This document shows positions 50,350 through 63,488 of a stretch of DNA of 64,000 nucleotides, piece after piece. A program made the translations under genes and the position numbers. The stretch covers positions 1 through 64,000 of the forward strand of contig JBFLGF010000049.1 in NCBI GenBank assembly GCA_050230475.1. The letters run 5' to 3'. Below the pieces are notes generated by a model. The model saw only the letters and a list, made by a program, of their open reading frames with translations, had not been told where the DNA came from and ran no database searches. This DNA comes from Ancylonema sp. (Eukaryota). The first letter of the stretch is position 1. Every line of letters starts with the position of its first letter.

Positions 50350-53300
50350 CTACCCCTCCCCACCTCCCCCGCCACCCGCCTTGGGAAAAGAGAGCATCAT
50401 AGCCGCTTGTGCCAGCAACCTCTGCACCTCCCGACTTACTTTCACCACCTTTGCTTTCCCCTGCCTCGCCAGCGTGCCCACCTCACTCTTCCCATCCCCC
50501 CCTCCTTTCCTCCCCCCGTTCGTCTGGGGCACTTTCTGGGGCACTTTCTGGGGCTCTTTCTTCGACAGCGAAATCTCATTAAGAGCACATCCCAGGTCTT
50601 TGGGCCCTGTCACCCGGCCCCTCCCCTTCCCCCCTGCAGCCCCCTCGTCCACTCCCTGACTGCCACCTGTCCCCAGGAGGGGCGGGCCCACCGGGAAGTC
50701 AAAGTTTGCGAATCCTTCGTCTTCTTTGTACGCCCACTCGACAGGAGGGGGATGTTGGCCCAACCCTGGGGCTGCTGCGGCGGGGGGCTCGCTGGGGCTC
50801 GCGGGCTTTATGGCATAAAATTTATCCTGGCACTCTGTGGGGGATCGCCCAGACACCTGGGGGGGGACGAAAACGAGAAAGATGGGCACATCAAAACCTC
50901 TCTTCATTCATCCTGCATAACTTGATGTCCCGTCTACTCGAACAGGAAAATTCCGCTTCACTTCTCTTACAAAGCCTGAAATCTAACCTGTGTTCATCAA
51001 TGACCCATTTTACATAATCTATATTCCCCCGTCCCCACACCATCAATTCAGACAGGTTTCACAACAGGCAGGTTCAGTAGCCCGGACACACAAACCGTAC
51101 CCGTACCTTGCTGGCCACCTGACCCCAGTAGTCGGCAGCACTCACATCCACCGTACGCACCGCCACTTGCAAGGCACTCACTTCCGCAGAGCCCCAGGGG
51201 GGGGGAGACTTCTTCCTCTTCTTGGCCCTGGGGTTATCCCCCTGCCCTGCTGTGCCCTCCTCTCCAAGGAGATACAGACTATTGGCGGCTTCTGTTTCGG
51301 GTTGGAGCACATGCAGAGCATCCCCCAGGACTGCTATGCTGCTCTGCACTGCGTTCTCTACTGCTCGCTCCCCCCCTTCCACGCCAGCCTCCTCCCCACT
51401 CGGACTCTGGTTCAGTCGCCTGCGGGAAGTCCTGGCAGGACTTTCCCCCTTCCTTTTCTTCTCCTCCTCCTGCTCTCCACCCCCCCCCCCCCCACCTGTC
51501 CGTTTTCCACCCACCCCTTCTACCTTGGGAGACCCTTGCGGAACCCTCTCCCCTCCCCCCCCAACCTCCGCCTCCCCCTCCTTAATCTTTGCCCCCCCCA
51601 CCCCCCCACTTTGTTCCCCCCCATTGGCTTCAATGATTGCAGAGGTCTCTGGCTTCTTCTTCTTCTCCTTCTCCTCCACCGCCTCCCAGCTGTTGTTATG
51701 GAAATGAAACAAATCTGCCAACAGCCCCCCAACCCCATCCCCATCCTCATCAATGCCTGCCAGCTGGCACTTACCCAAACAGAAGCAGATTCCCACATCC
51801 CACCCCTCCCAACCCCCCCACCTGTGCCCACCGCAGTCCCCTCTGGCGTCCCCTCCTGGATGGCCACAATGGTACGGTCCTGGCAACCCCTCACCCCCAC
51901 CCCCGCACTCCCAACCCCACTCTCATCCTGTCCCTTGCCCAATGAGGCTACCCTACTTTACCCCACCCGCGCCCCCATCCTTACCCCCATCTCCGACTCT
52001 GGCCCCACCCCCACCCCCCAGGTCCCTCACCTTGCTCAGCTTTATCTGCTGGTTGCGCCAAAACGCCAGCGGGGGGACCACTTTCCTCCCTGACCTCAAA
52101 CACGAGTCAGTGAGTCAGCACCTGTCAAAACTGAACCTTAAACCCTTCGCCCATTGTCCCCCTCCCCCCCTTTTCCCTACCACTTCTTGTCACTCGGATC
52201 CCAAACTTGCCCCCCCTGCCCTGCCCGCGTTTCTCTGGGGTACTATATCCCCCACCCCCCCCCTGCACCACCCCCCGCCATTTGAATCAGCCTTGAACCC
52301 GACGTCAACCACGTAGGATGGCCATACACCTCCACCCCCCGCCTTCCGTACCTTTGAGCTCGTCTGCTCCCCCCCCTTCTCTTCCTTGGCCCTTTTCCCC
52401 ACTTCCATCTCCTCCATCTTCTTCTTCTTGTGATGCCGTCGCGTTTTCCTTTCCTCTTCAGATCCCTCCTCCCTCACTCCTTCTCCTCCCTCTCCACTCC
52501 CACCTCCCTCCTCCCCCTCCCCACCCTCCTCCCCCCCTCCCCCATCAGCCTCCTCCGCATTCCCACTGCCGCCTGACCGAGATTGCAATCCCTCTCTATC
52601 CTCTCCTCCCTGCTCCTTGACGACTTCTGCCTCCATTACATCTCCACCTTCCTCCCCACGGACCTCCCAAGCCCTTACCCCCCCCCCCGAGTCCGCCCCT
52701 GGGCCCCCATCCTCTACCCCCCCCCTTGCCACGTCCCCCCCCCCGAGCCCCCCAACATCTGCAGTGGGAACGGAAGCTCCCCCACCATTCTCTGCCCTCC
52801 CCCCCCCCCCCCCATTCACACCACTTACGGGATGCCCTGCTCCTTCTCCACTCTCTTTCCCCCCCTGAGGAGACCTACCCTCTTCTCCGCCTGCCCTCTC
52901 AATGAGCGGTTTGGCCCAACTCCCGTCCGCACTGCCACCCCAAGCCTCCGCGGATTTGGAGCCGACTTTTGACAAAGGGTTCGACAGTGCTGCCTGAGGG
53001 GTCTCTGAACCGGGAGGGTTTACTGAGGGGGGGGGCATTACGGCTGGTCTTTCAATACACGATTGCGTGGGCAGAGGTATGGGACCCGTAGGCAAGGAGA
53101 GGGGGGAAACAGTGACAGAGGCGAGAGGCGCTATACTCCCCCTTCCAGCTGCATTCAGACCACCCCCGGGCCCAAAAGTAGGCCTGGGGTTCAGAGCCTG
53201 CGGGGAAAAGCCCCCTTCTCTAGGGGGGGACGTAAACACGGGGGGGTGCTTTGAAAAGTCTTCGGTTAACCGACTAAATCCGTACAGATGGCTGCTGCCT

Positions 53301-54384
53301 TTTCGCATCCCCTGGGGATGCCTGCCACCTGTTTCGTTTCCGTTGGTGGGCGGTCCTTGTACAGGTGTCGCTCCCACGGACTGCACCGGGTAATGGTTGG
53401 GGAACTCAAAGGCGTGCGAACCTAGTACGAAACGCTGCAGTTGACGCAGCTCCTCTCGGGGGAAGCTGGCCCCTGCTGTGGGAAAGGGAGAAGGAGCGAG
53501 GGGGGGGGGCTGCAGGGGGGGCGCTTGCCGGAATCGTAAGGGAGAAGAGGTGGAAGGAATTTTGCAGTCGAAAGAAGGAGGTTGGGGTGGCGGAGAGCGC
53601 CTCTCTCTTTTGGTGGGAGGAGAGCCTCTCGTGGCGTCTGGCGACTGCAGGAAGGGAGAGAACGACGCACGTGTGAGGACATGGAAGTTGCGGTTACGAG
53701 AGAGAAGGGGAGGAAAGTGGGGGAGGTGGGAGGCGTACTATGAGCGGGTTGTTTTCAGCGAATAACGGTTCGAATTGGGAATGAATATTCGCCTGCGAGT
53801 CGGGTGAGAGAGCGCCGCTCGGCTCCTGGTACTCGTGCGCGTCTCTTTGTTCGCTGCAACCAAACAACAGGGAGTGAGCCGCGACTATGGACCTTGTCGT
53901 CCACATCCCGGTCGAATCTTAGCAATGGGGCGAGCCCGGGCACTCAGCAGCGTGGCCATCAATTGGCGTGGCGAGTACGGTAATGAGAGTGAAGAATATC
54001 TCACTTAACCCCGGACATGAGTCGAGGAGAACTTTGCGCCGGTGATTGTTCTCTCTGAGCGGGCCACCTCCTGTCCTCTACTTTCTGAACGAAGTTTCTA
54101 GGAAGGACGCTAGCATTGCGCACCCGCTCCTCCTCCCCAACCCCATGATCGCGGCCCTCTCCTGTTTCCGCAAACGCAGGGCTTGAGATACTGTTAGAAT
54201 CCAGTTTTGTGCCGTGTACAAAGGTTCTCTCGGTTTCAAAGGCCCGAATTCTCCTTTTTTTTGCATCCTCTTCTGTCGCACTTCGTTCTAATTTCGCTCT
54301 CAGTGCTTCTGCGTTGGGAGGTTTCTGAACAAGAAGCACAAAATGTGTTTTGTCTGTCGATGGTGGGCAGCGTGGACTAGCCAT
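50350..54384 (-). CDS. KNL2/Mis18BP1-like protein: CENP-C-type (CENPC-k) motif + SANT/Myb domain, largely disordered
   Basis: Exons 52262-52181, 52089-52031 and 51879 onward join in frame to VTRSGRKVVPPLAFWRNQQIKLSKDRTIVAIQEG. Splicing 51107 to 50856 gives WGSAEVSALQVAVRTVDVSAADYWGQVASKVSGRSPTECQDKF, followed by EVGTLARQ. The 5' exons (from ATG ~54384) and the 3' end are approximate. Confidence 0.72.
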
Positions 54385-54522
54385 TCTGGTAAAGACCAAC
54401 TACGGTGACAATTTCTGGGCTTTCTATGGCTCTCCCGTTCAGCGGTTAGAGTTGATGGTGTCTTGAAGGTCAAAACACGAATCCGTCGAGCAGTACACCA
54501 TGGTCGTTCGGACACCTTTCCA

Positions 54523-57500
54523 ATGGATTCGCGCCGTGAACAACTTCACCTCGGTAGACTATCGAAGTGTGATTGTGCTTGTGTGAAGAAGTATCACTGC
54601 GACGAAGAACTCGGTCCCTGGAACTACCCTGGTAGCGCCCTGGTAGCGCCTTTCCATAGAGATAACATCGACGTCAAGTATCTGACATTTCTTCCCAGTA
54701 AACGATGTGAGCACTTAAGTTCAGGGGATGTCGACCCGAATCGGTACGATGAATGTTGAGCACCGTTTATACGCCCGAAGCGCCTGAGAGTGCTACGTTC
54801 ATGCCCCCCTCGCTCCAGCTATTTTGTAGAGAACCAAGTTTTTCAAGAATTGCGCAGATTTGTGCACCAAAAAAAAAGGATACGAGTGCAGGGATGGCTC
54901 GTACGACGTTGTAGAGGACTCGCACAAACGAGGCTGTTCGATTGTGAGTCCGAGAAGATATTAGAGCCTGTAAATTTACATGGATTTGACAAAGGCTTGT
55001 GTTCTCGAGTGTGGAGCTACAGTCGCGTAATCGTAGTGTACAAATTCTTCTCTGCGAGCTTCATCACTGTGGTGCACTCGTCTCGTGAGGCATGTCTGAC
55101 TCTGAGGTTACCCAAGGTTGTATTCTTCTGAAGCTTCTTCAATGGAAACTATTGCCGCCGACATTATCACTCGCACGAATCAAGAAACTTGTTGTGGTGG
55201 TTCACATCAAGCGTCAAGATTTTAGCTGGCATCGCCCGAGGCAGATCATTCAAAAAACCTGCTGCATTTTGCATGTTCTCGAGGTGCTTTCCAAATACGA
55301 GCGTTTTTCTGAGACATTGTGTGCTGCTATTCGAGAAATTCACGACTCAATTTCTAGAATACTGGAGATACGGCCAATCTTTCTGGATGTAAGTTTTCTG
55401 CATTGTCCTGGATTGTCTGCCTTTCAGACCGCCTCGATGACTAGGTTCTGTTGCCGGTGGAAATGTGTAGTGCTTGGTTCTTGCAGGGAGCGCCGTCACT
55501 ATGTGTGTCCAGCATTGCTAGCTGAATGGATATTTTTGAATATCCTGAACCTGTGTACATGAAGCAAGTTGTAGAGTCTTTATTGTGGTAGCTGTCATAA
55601 TTCGAAGATTCATTCATAGCTGTACTGAATCGTGTTTATTTTTCCGTATTTGTATCAGTGTGAGATTTGCTACCATTCAGATCCTTGTCGAAGTGTTGAA
55701 GTAATTTCTGCCTGCTCCCTGGCACGTCTTTGATCAGGTTTGGCAGGAGAGTGGGTCCCCTGCAACAGCCCTACGGAGCTTTCTCGCTTCAAGTCGGACA
55801 TGCCACATGCTGGGAAAGCGGCTGGATGTCGAAGGGGAGCATTTTGCGGGAAAGTTCTTCCTGCTGTACTTCGCTCGACTGGTGTTTGCGCACGAGGAAA
55901 TCGTCTTGGCCACTGCCTATGCTATGTATTTCCAAGTCCAGAGGCTTCGAGCTGCAACCTTCAGGATGACCGATGTCCTGCTGCTGAAGGTTGCTTTCGA
56001 CGCCATCTGCTGTTTAGACGCATTGCGAGATGCGAGGCCTCCTGTAGCGAACGCTCCTCCTGATGCAGACTTGTCAAAACTTTCGCACATGCCAGCTGTC
56101 GATGTTGACACTCTCTGCAGAGACACAAGGTCGTTAGATATGGCTCTATCGTGTCCCCCGGTGGACGGAGCGGATTCTCTTCGCCCCTATATATGCAAAC
56201 CCCTTTACTATGCTCTTGGCGACATGGTCACAAGTTACTGTAACAGGAAGGGACGGACCTGGATCTTTTCATCTAGAGATTGTTTTTTGGCGCTGGTTGA
56301 GCATCTGATGGGGACTCTGGATTGGCCGAGGGATATGCCGTTTCGAGACTACTTACCAGACGCTGTGGTCAGACGGCTGAGGACCGAAATTCTCAAGCAC
56401 ACGGTCTGGAATCAGAGAAGAGCTCTGCTGAGCGCATCTGGGCTGCAAAACATCAAGAAACTGATACGGAGTGGGAAGTATTCGCAGGTTCGACTTCTTG
56501 TGCAGGCCTGTCAGGGAAAGAGGGTGGAATCCACAGCAGTCACAAAATGTTGTGAGGAAGCATTACAAGACATATGGGAAGAGATAATAGCTGCAGCTGA
56601 GAGTACGCTTGGTGACAGGCTTTCTGGCGAGGCTGTTCATCTAGAGACAAGGGAGAAAGATATAGAGGCAGGAGTGGGAGTTGATGTAGATCCAGGTATG
56701 GGATGCGACGGGGACGAAGGCAGTGGCAGGGGCAGACTTGTGAATGTGGTCGCTGAGTCCCAGGGAACGGGAGACGCTGTTGGGGACGTGTCCATTTCAA
56801 GGAAGAGAGGAGCAGAAGAAGTTAGTGGAGAGGAAGAGGTCAAGCGCCTCAGATTGGCTTCTAGCATAGAGCAGACAGGGTTTAAGACAATCAGGACCAG
56901 TCCAAATAGTAGAGGTGCAGGTGCGGATTCATTGGAGGAGACCGGATCCATAAAGAAAAGGAAGAAAAAGAATCTGAAAAAGAGGACTTCCTGCAAGTGC
57001 CACATCTCCGCCCTGCCTCTGGTGTATTTGGACTGCCTGACGGAATTCTGTGGCACCGCCAGAATGGTAGTCACCCAGGTGTTAGAGCTGGAAGGGGTGA
57101 AGAAGAGGGAGACAGTGAGAGACGTTCTTAGGGAGGCCCACAGGAGAGGTCTGTGCGGGCGGGAGGCTTCAGAGCTGCTGTGCGCTGCGCTAGACTGGTT
57201 GCTGCGAGACGATGCGCGCCATCGTTCGGAGTTAGCTTTGCTACAGAGCAAGCAAAGCAAACGGGCACAAAGGAAGAGCAGGAAGAGCAGCAAGTCTGTC
57301 GGGACGGCACAGCTCGCAAGGCGGTGGTTGAGGCAGATGACAGGGAAGGGGAAGGAGGGGGAGAAGGAGGGTGGTGTTGGTAGCGGGAATCAGCGGTGGC
57401 CTCGAGAAGTCATTGCCCGCTGCTGTTTGGGGAGGAAAGGCAAGCTGATGGTGGCGTCAAAGATTGGGGATGGCTGTGATCCATCAAGGAGACCTAATGA

Positions 57501-59937
57501 GAGCAGCGGTACAGAGGCGAATCCCACCCCCACCCCCATCCCCACGATTCCATTGGGGGAAGGGGAGGTGGGAAGGGAAGGGGCAGTTGGGGTACTTATA
57601 CACAGCGCACGGGGTGGTAATGGAGGCCTTTCACGAGAACCATTCTGTCTCTTGGAGGCACGATTCTGGGGCAAATGGGAACATCCTTCGAAGCTGGAGG
57701 AGATTCTGATGACCGTGGACTGCATATCAGAAGCAGTACCGGACAATGACATGGTCCAGCAGTTGTATAGGTACCAGTTCATCTCGCAGTTGGCAGGTCC
57801 TAATTTGGCCCTTTCCATCTGTCAAAGGCACCTGACGCACCCTCTACTGTCTCCCTCCATCAGGGATCTGTTTTTCAATCGCCTGCTGGCGTTTCCAGGA
57901 GTGGTCCCCACGAGTCCCCTAGAGGCCCGCGTGCTGGAGGCCATGCTGCCATCCCTCAACGTCCAGAATGCGACCGACATGGAAGGGGCCATGGAGGACG
58001 TGCGATCCGCGCCCATAAAGGATGTAAGGAGGGTTCTGGAAGAGTGGCGGTTCTAGTGCCACCTGGCGCCACTGGGTTGGCAGAGAGTGAACCTGATTCT
58101 GTTTCATGTCCGTGGGATGGCAGCTTCTGTTTCGGTATTTGTCCGCGGGAGAAGCAGAAGAGGCTCAGTTGTCGGTCACCACTCACTGTACGGGCCTATG
58201 GCCGCCCCCCCCCGCCCCAATGGCAAACTCTCTGAAGCTACCGGCACCAATGGCGCGCTGTCTACGAAAGTACGAAACCGATTATGTGCACCGGACCAAG
58301 AATCGGCACCTGAGCTGGCAACATGAGATGGGGAGCTGCCAGCTGGACATGAGATTGCCACATGGGCACCAGCTCGTCGTGGGCGTCAGCACCCTGCAAG
58401 CAGCAGTGTTGCTCCAGTTTGCAGAAGCGGAGGAGGAAGGGTTGTCCTTTGGGGAGATCAAGTAAGCCTCATCAGTATTCATTTCTGCCAGTGTGTACAG
58501 CAGTCCATATGTGTCTACGGTACTGATCACACTTATGACCCGGGTTGAAAGATACACAATAAATTATGGTGCTGACCAACCAACTCGACCCTAGCAAACC
58601 ATATTGAATATCCTGTGACCCACTAAAATGACCCGAGCATATAACCTTTCTTACAGTGACCCACAACGCACAGTCCCTCGCCAAAACTACGCGTACCATA
58701 CTCCACATTTCATTAGTGCACCTATACGGGGAAAGTAAATGCCCAATTCCTCGGATAGAAGAAAGAGAGGAGGTGTCGGCTCCTCTGGTCCTTTTGCAGG
58801 CAGTCAAACTGGGCAGACAATAATGTCTTCACGGATAACCCCCTCAACCTAAAAATATGAAATATGATGCATGTTGAACCCCTAAAAAATATGGAAATTA
58901 ATGCATGTCCCACCCTTCAAAAACGAATCATACGATTTGACCCGACCCACCCTTATCGTTGTTGTTGTTTGTGTGTGATTAGTCACAAAATATTTCGTTA
59001 TAAAAAACTATCCGTCTTAACATACGTTTTCTTTTGGTTTTGTCGAAGTATTCCGATACAGAATGGAGTGGGAATAATTCCTTATCGAATTCTTCTACTT
59101 ATATAGATCAATGTACTGTCGTTGTTGTTGTTGGTATCGAAGAATGGATAGTCCTCGATCTGGAGGTAGAAAGTGGGTGTTGTCAACCTCCACTATACCA
59201 CCATTTTCTGATTACATCTGCACAGTTGCTACTTATTTTCTGGATCCATCTTCTCCAGTATCCGGAGTGTCGAGTTTTGGCAGCTCTTGTCGTCAAAATC
59301 CACATTCGCATACAACCGAATTGTTGTGATCTACATCGTAGGTATGAGTACATGCTTCTCACCGAATCCACCACCCCTGGCTGCCCCTATCGGTTGTGAC
59401 CCCAGAGCCCGCTTGGACATCACCCCCCAGCACCTCAGGCCTCTCCTTCACTCCCTAGCCTGCGGCAGGCGACCGGTGCTGAAAAAGAGGCCCAAGGAGC
59501 ACGGACCGGTTAACCTCTCTGACGCCTTCCAGGTGCACAACGGGAATTGGCGCTACCTCCGACGGAGAAAACTCGAGATGCCTCTTGCCCTCTCCCCCGA
59601 CGCGTACGAACACAAATGGCCGTGTCTTGTCGCCTCGAAAGAGGAAGGAAAGATGGGAAGTGCTCGGGGTGCGGATGTGAAGGTGGAAGGAAGGCGGTGG
59701 GAGGGAGTGGTGGAGGGGGAGACAATGAAGAGTGCGGTAGATGCGGCCATTGTATCGGTGTTGAAGAAGGAGGGGCGGTTGGGTGTAGAGGTGTTGGTGC
59801 GGGAAGTTGGGGGAAGAGTGAGGGAGTGGGGGGAAGTGAGTGGAGAGTATGTGGTCGCTCGCTTGAAACCTCTAGAGGAAAGGGAATATGTAAAGAGGGA
59901 GGGAGGGGATCCGCCGGATGTTTCTTATGTTCCTTAG
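54523..59937 (+). CDS. Divergent cullin-like protein (cullin homology + Nedd8 winged-helix domain)
   Basis: Exons ~55738-58023, 58124-58461, 59406-59937 join in frame: RLL..DMEGAMEDV, LSVTTHCTGLWP, RHLSWQHEMGSC, VSTLQAAVLLQF, LLHSLACGRRPVLKKRP, VDAAIVSVLKK, LEEREYVKR..SYVP*. Exons between 54523 and 55560 and the start codon are uncertain. Confidence 0.82.
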
Positions 59938-60237
59938 GGCCGGTTATGAATGCTTGTGGTATCGGTGGTCGCAACTTTCATCTAGTCGTAATTAGATCGT
60001 TTGGGTCCTTGGGAGTGTCGTGGAAGGGCAAGGAAACGAGAAAAATGAGTGGCGTGTCTCCAGAGTATGACGTGGTACGCATGTTTTTGTGTCACTTTAG
60101 GAATTTATCCGAAGAGGAAAGAACATGCGTGGCTTGCATTTGTGCCCGTGTTCTAATATGAACCCTCAAAGTTATAAATGTATAGTCGAATACCTTTATA
60201 TAGCAACCATCGATATAATAAATATAATTGAATATAC

Positions 60238-60653
60238 TGTTAGTTTTTAGGGGCTGTGAACTTTTGTCGTTATATCGATTTTAGCAATACCGGGATTTTA
60301 GCTTTAGTTTTGTCGTTATTCGGCAAATGCAGGCTACAGCCCGATGTCCTTGTTTCAATGATTACTTGGCCATTCTGGCACAAGTGTCGATAAGAACAAG
60401 TCGATGTGGCAGAATGCTTAGATTTGATTGGCAGTTGACTAAGTAGTTTCGATATCAGTAGATCCTTTGACCAGGCAGCAATCGACTGTACTAGGTCTAG
60501 GCTTGCATGCTAATTCTTTAATCAATACTTTCTACTTCAAACTTGCACTTTTGTTGTGTCGTCGTTTGTAATGACGTGATCTCTATTTGATTCAAAGAGT
60601 TTGAGAAGAAGTGAACTTTATTCTTGCATCGATGGCAGAAGAAAGTTCTCACA
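60238..60653 (+). mobile_element. Solo LTR (416 bp) of the A/B/D Copia group
   Basis: TGTTAG..CTCACA; perfect 5-bp TSD TATAC (60233-60237 / 60654-60658); no PBS follows; homologous to the LTRs at 4838, 14445 and 17887. Confidence 0.93.
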
Positions 60654-61079
60654 TATACTAGGCTTTTGTTTTAGTAACCTGAAATTATCGTAGTTCAATT
60701 CCTGCACAGAAGTACCCTTGTATAATGTAGTAACCTTTGCTTTGTATTAATGTAAAAAGGTAACCATCTAGATTGAAATATGTGTTTTACGCGCGTTACA
60801 TGTTGGATGAAAAATATGAAAAGAAACGAGGGGGACGAGAAGGGGATATTATTCCTAGAAGATCCGATATTTCGTTGTTTGACCACCTAGTGGACCTTAC
60901 CAGGACTTGGTGGTGGCTCTTCTGTGCGTGGTTGTAGAATGCCTTCTTTGAACACGCGATTGCGGGCCAAGACAAAGTATAAAGACGAAGTATACATTTA
61001 AAAAAAAATGTTACTGAGTGTCCATATAATTTGTATAGAACGTTTTTTTCTCGCATATAACGATGTATGGAAATCGAGT

Positions 61080-61110
<31 letters not shown>

Positions 61111-61798
61111 CGTCGATGCAAGTGATGAAAATTATGGGTGCAAACTAATATTTGAAGTTTTTTTATTGTAGCTCAGGGTCGAGTCATATCGATGTTACTA
61201 TGTGTGTCCGTTTGTGATGCCATATTGAAAATTGTTGGTGACAATCTAGGAGTCTATTTTCAGTCACGAGAATGTACACAAAGGATTTGAATAAATCTGG
61301 TATGTTGGAATGTAAAAAAAAGTGTGTATTGTGTTAGCGGTTCACAATTTGGAACTAATATGATTCTCTTCGTGACAGGTATTGGTAAGTCTTGCCTTCC
61401 AAAAATTGTCCATGTAAATCATGATCATTATGTTTACTCCATGTCCAACAAAACATGCGAGTACTTCGTTGCTTCGTATGACCTTGTGACTTCCCAAGAT
61501 TTCCTCATAAAGTTGTTTGAATATATTTTGCTAGTCGCAATGTATTTGTCTCATTACGCACTTGTGTAGCTTGTATCACAACACACACCCTCAATTGGGT
61601 CATCATGCCTGGGCAACTTACTCTAAACAACATGTAAACAACACATTTGTTGATTTACTTTGCTTCATTCAAGAATTCCCTCGATACAAGGACACACATG
61701 TAAAAATCCAGTGGTGAATGACCTTATACAGTATTAGGATACCTCGATGTAAGATTTTTTTTTTTTTTTTTTGTTCGTCACATCGAGGGAGCACTGTA

Positions 61799-62344
61799 CA
61801 GTGAACCCTTGATATAGTGACACTCGATATAGTGACATTTTTTATGCCCTTTTTCAAATCCTATATAAAAACCTACTCGATATAGTGACAATCGCTATAG
61901 TGACACACGTTTTAGTGACCAATTTTTCCCAATTTTTACTACTGAGATGTCACTATAGAGTGAAACCTGTCTAAATTAACGTTGTGAAATTCAATAACCT
62001 CCCAAATCTCATAGAAAATAATGTAATAATAAATTAATAACCTGTCTGAATTATTATTTTATACCTAGCCTGGCATTATTACTTTAAAGAGGTTTTATTG
62101 TAGCGAGTGGATATTAGGGAAAACGCTATATAGATGACCTACCTTCTTCATTGAAAACCTCTGCGCACCCGATCTTGTTGCTCAAAGTAACCTAAAATTC
62201 AATTTCCTTCGATGTAGTGACGTTGGCTCAATGTCGCCCTATCAAATGTCACTATACAGTGTATAGTGACACCCCTGGCATTCGATGTATAGTGACATTA
62301 TTTTCCATTGTCTATAAAATTGTCACTATATCAAGGGTTTACTG
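61799..62344. mobile_element. pogo/Tc1-mariner-type MITE, probably with a nested MITE at ~61958-62100
   Basis: TA-CAGTGAACCCTTGATATAGTGACA..TGTCACTATATCAAGGGTTTACTG-TA; repeated TATAGTGAC motifs; a small related element at ~61729-61796. Confidence 0.8.
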
Positions 62345-62749
62345 TAGTTCGCGGGCATCGGAGCCTAATGAGCCCGAAGCCCGAATCGCAGCCCGTTCGC
62401 GTAGGCTCGCAGTGAGGGAACAAGGGAAGGTAGGCGTACGATCGACCTTCGCGGTGAATGATTCGATATGCATAAGTTGAGAGCAAGAGCTGTTGTTCTT
62501 AAGTTCCGTTGCAAGCTGTCATGTAGTCAGCTAGGAATAAAAAAATTTGCTCTTCGGGCATGAGAGGTAAGCGACTGTTGTCTCTCTGTCGTTGTGTCAC
62601 ACGTGTGCACATGCATAATGGATCCGTTTTTTTTGTTTTTCGTTCATTAAATATCGTTTCTGCCTCTCCTCGTTTCTTCAGTCCTGCATTTCTGCGTCGT
62701 TTTCAATGGACACCTCATCGCTTTGCAGGTTGAATGCCGGAGTTCGCAG

Positions 62750-62809
62750 ATGACAAGAGGATACGATTACGGGGAAGGGTGGAGCACGGACGAAGAGGAG
62801 GAAGGGCAG
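62750..62809 (+). CDS. Possible coding exon of a gene continuing downstream (unknown product)
   Basis: MTRGYDYGEGWSTDEEEEGQ followed by CAG|GTGTGC, with upstream donor/acceptor-like sites at 62567 and 62680-62728. No homology recognised. Confidence 0.25.
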
Positions 62810-63416
62810 GTGTGCGGCCCGACACGTGGCGCCGCACAACAGGTCCGTCCCCGCCCGCAGTTTGCCCAACCTTCAAACATGGACACCTCGCACGTGGCAG
62901 CTGGCTGTCTCGATTCGGCCCGTGCGGGACAAGACATTATCCATGTCACTATATTACTTTCTTTCGGATCATATAACTGGTGGTGAACCTCTGCACCGGG
63001 ATTCTGTATATATTGGTACTTCTCCGGCCGATCTGTGTCCCCTCACCTTGATGAAATGTGCTGCTTCAGCAGCCATAGATAGGGTTGGATAATTTGGTGT
63101 TAAATAAACCGGCAGTATTTAATAAGGTTAAAATTACAAGTGGGGGTATCAATCAATAATAATAAATAAGTCCTACCCTTCTGTGAAAGGTAAAAAAACT
63201 AAGCTTCTGTGAATCGAGAACGATTCTAAGGGCCTAAGAACACTTCAAAATAGGGCCTGAAAACAATTTTGTACTAACATTTCAGGGGCACTTTATCAGC
63301 AGTGTATTTTCAAGGCTAACCTAAGAATATCCATAATTAATAGTTAGGGGTTGAATAAATAATAACTGGTAGTTAGGAGTTGAATTATTATGTACCCCAT
63401 CCCTGGCCATAGATGC

Positions 63417-63488
63417 TTGTAACCGTAAACCCCTCCGTAATCGTAACCGTAACCCATAACCGTAACCCGTAGCCGTAACCGATACCGC
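63417..63488 (+). repeat. Degenerate (CCGTAA)n tandem repeat
   Basis: gtaaccgtaa units read directly, beginning just after a CATAGATG hAT-like terminus. Confidence 0.7.

Noticed and set aside
58024..58123. Apparent stop/frameshift after the 749-aa ORF, suggesting two genes
   Set aside because: A phase-0 GT-AG intron at 58024-58123 joins it to the cullin domain exon.
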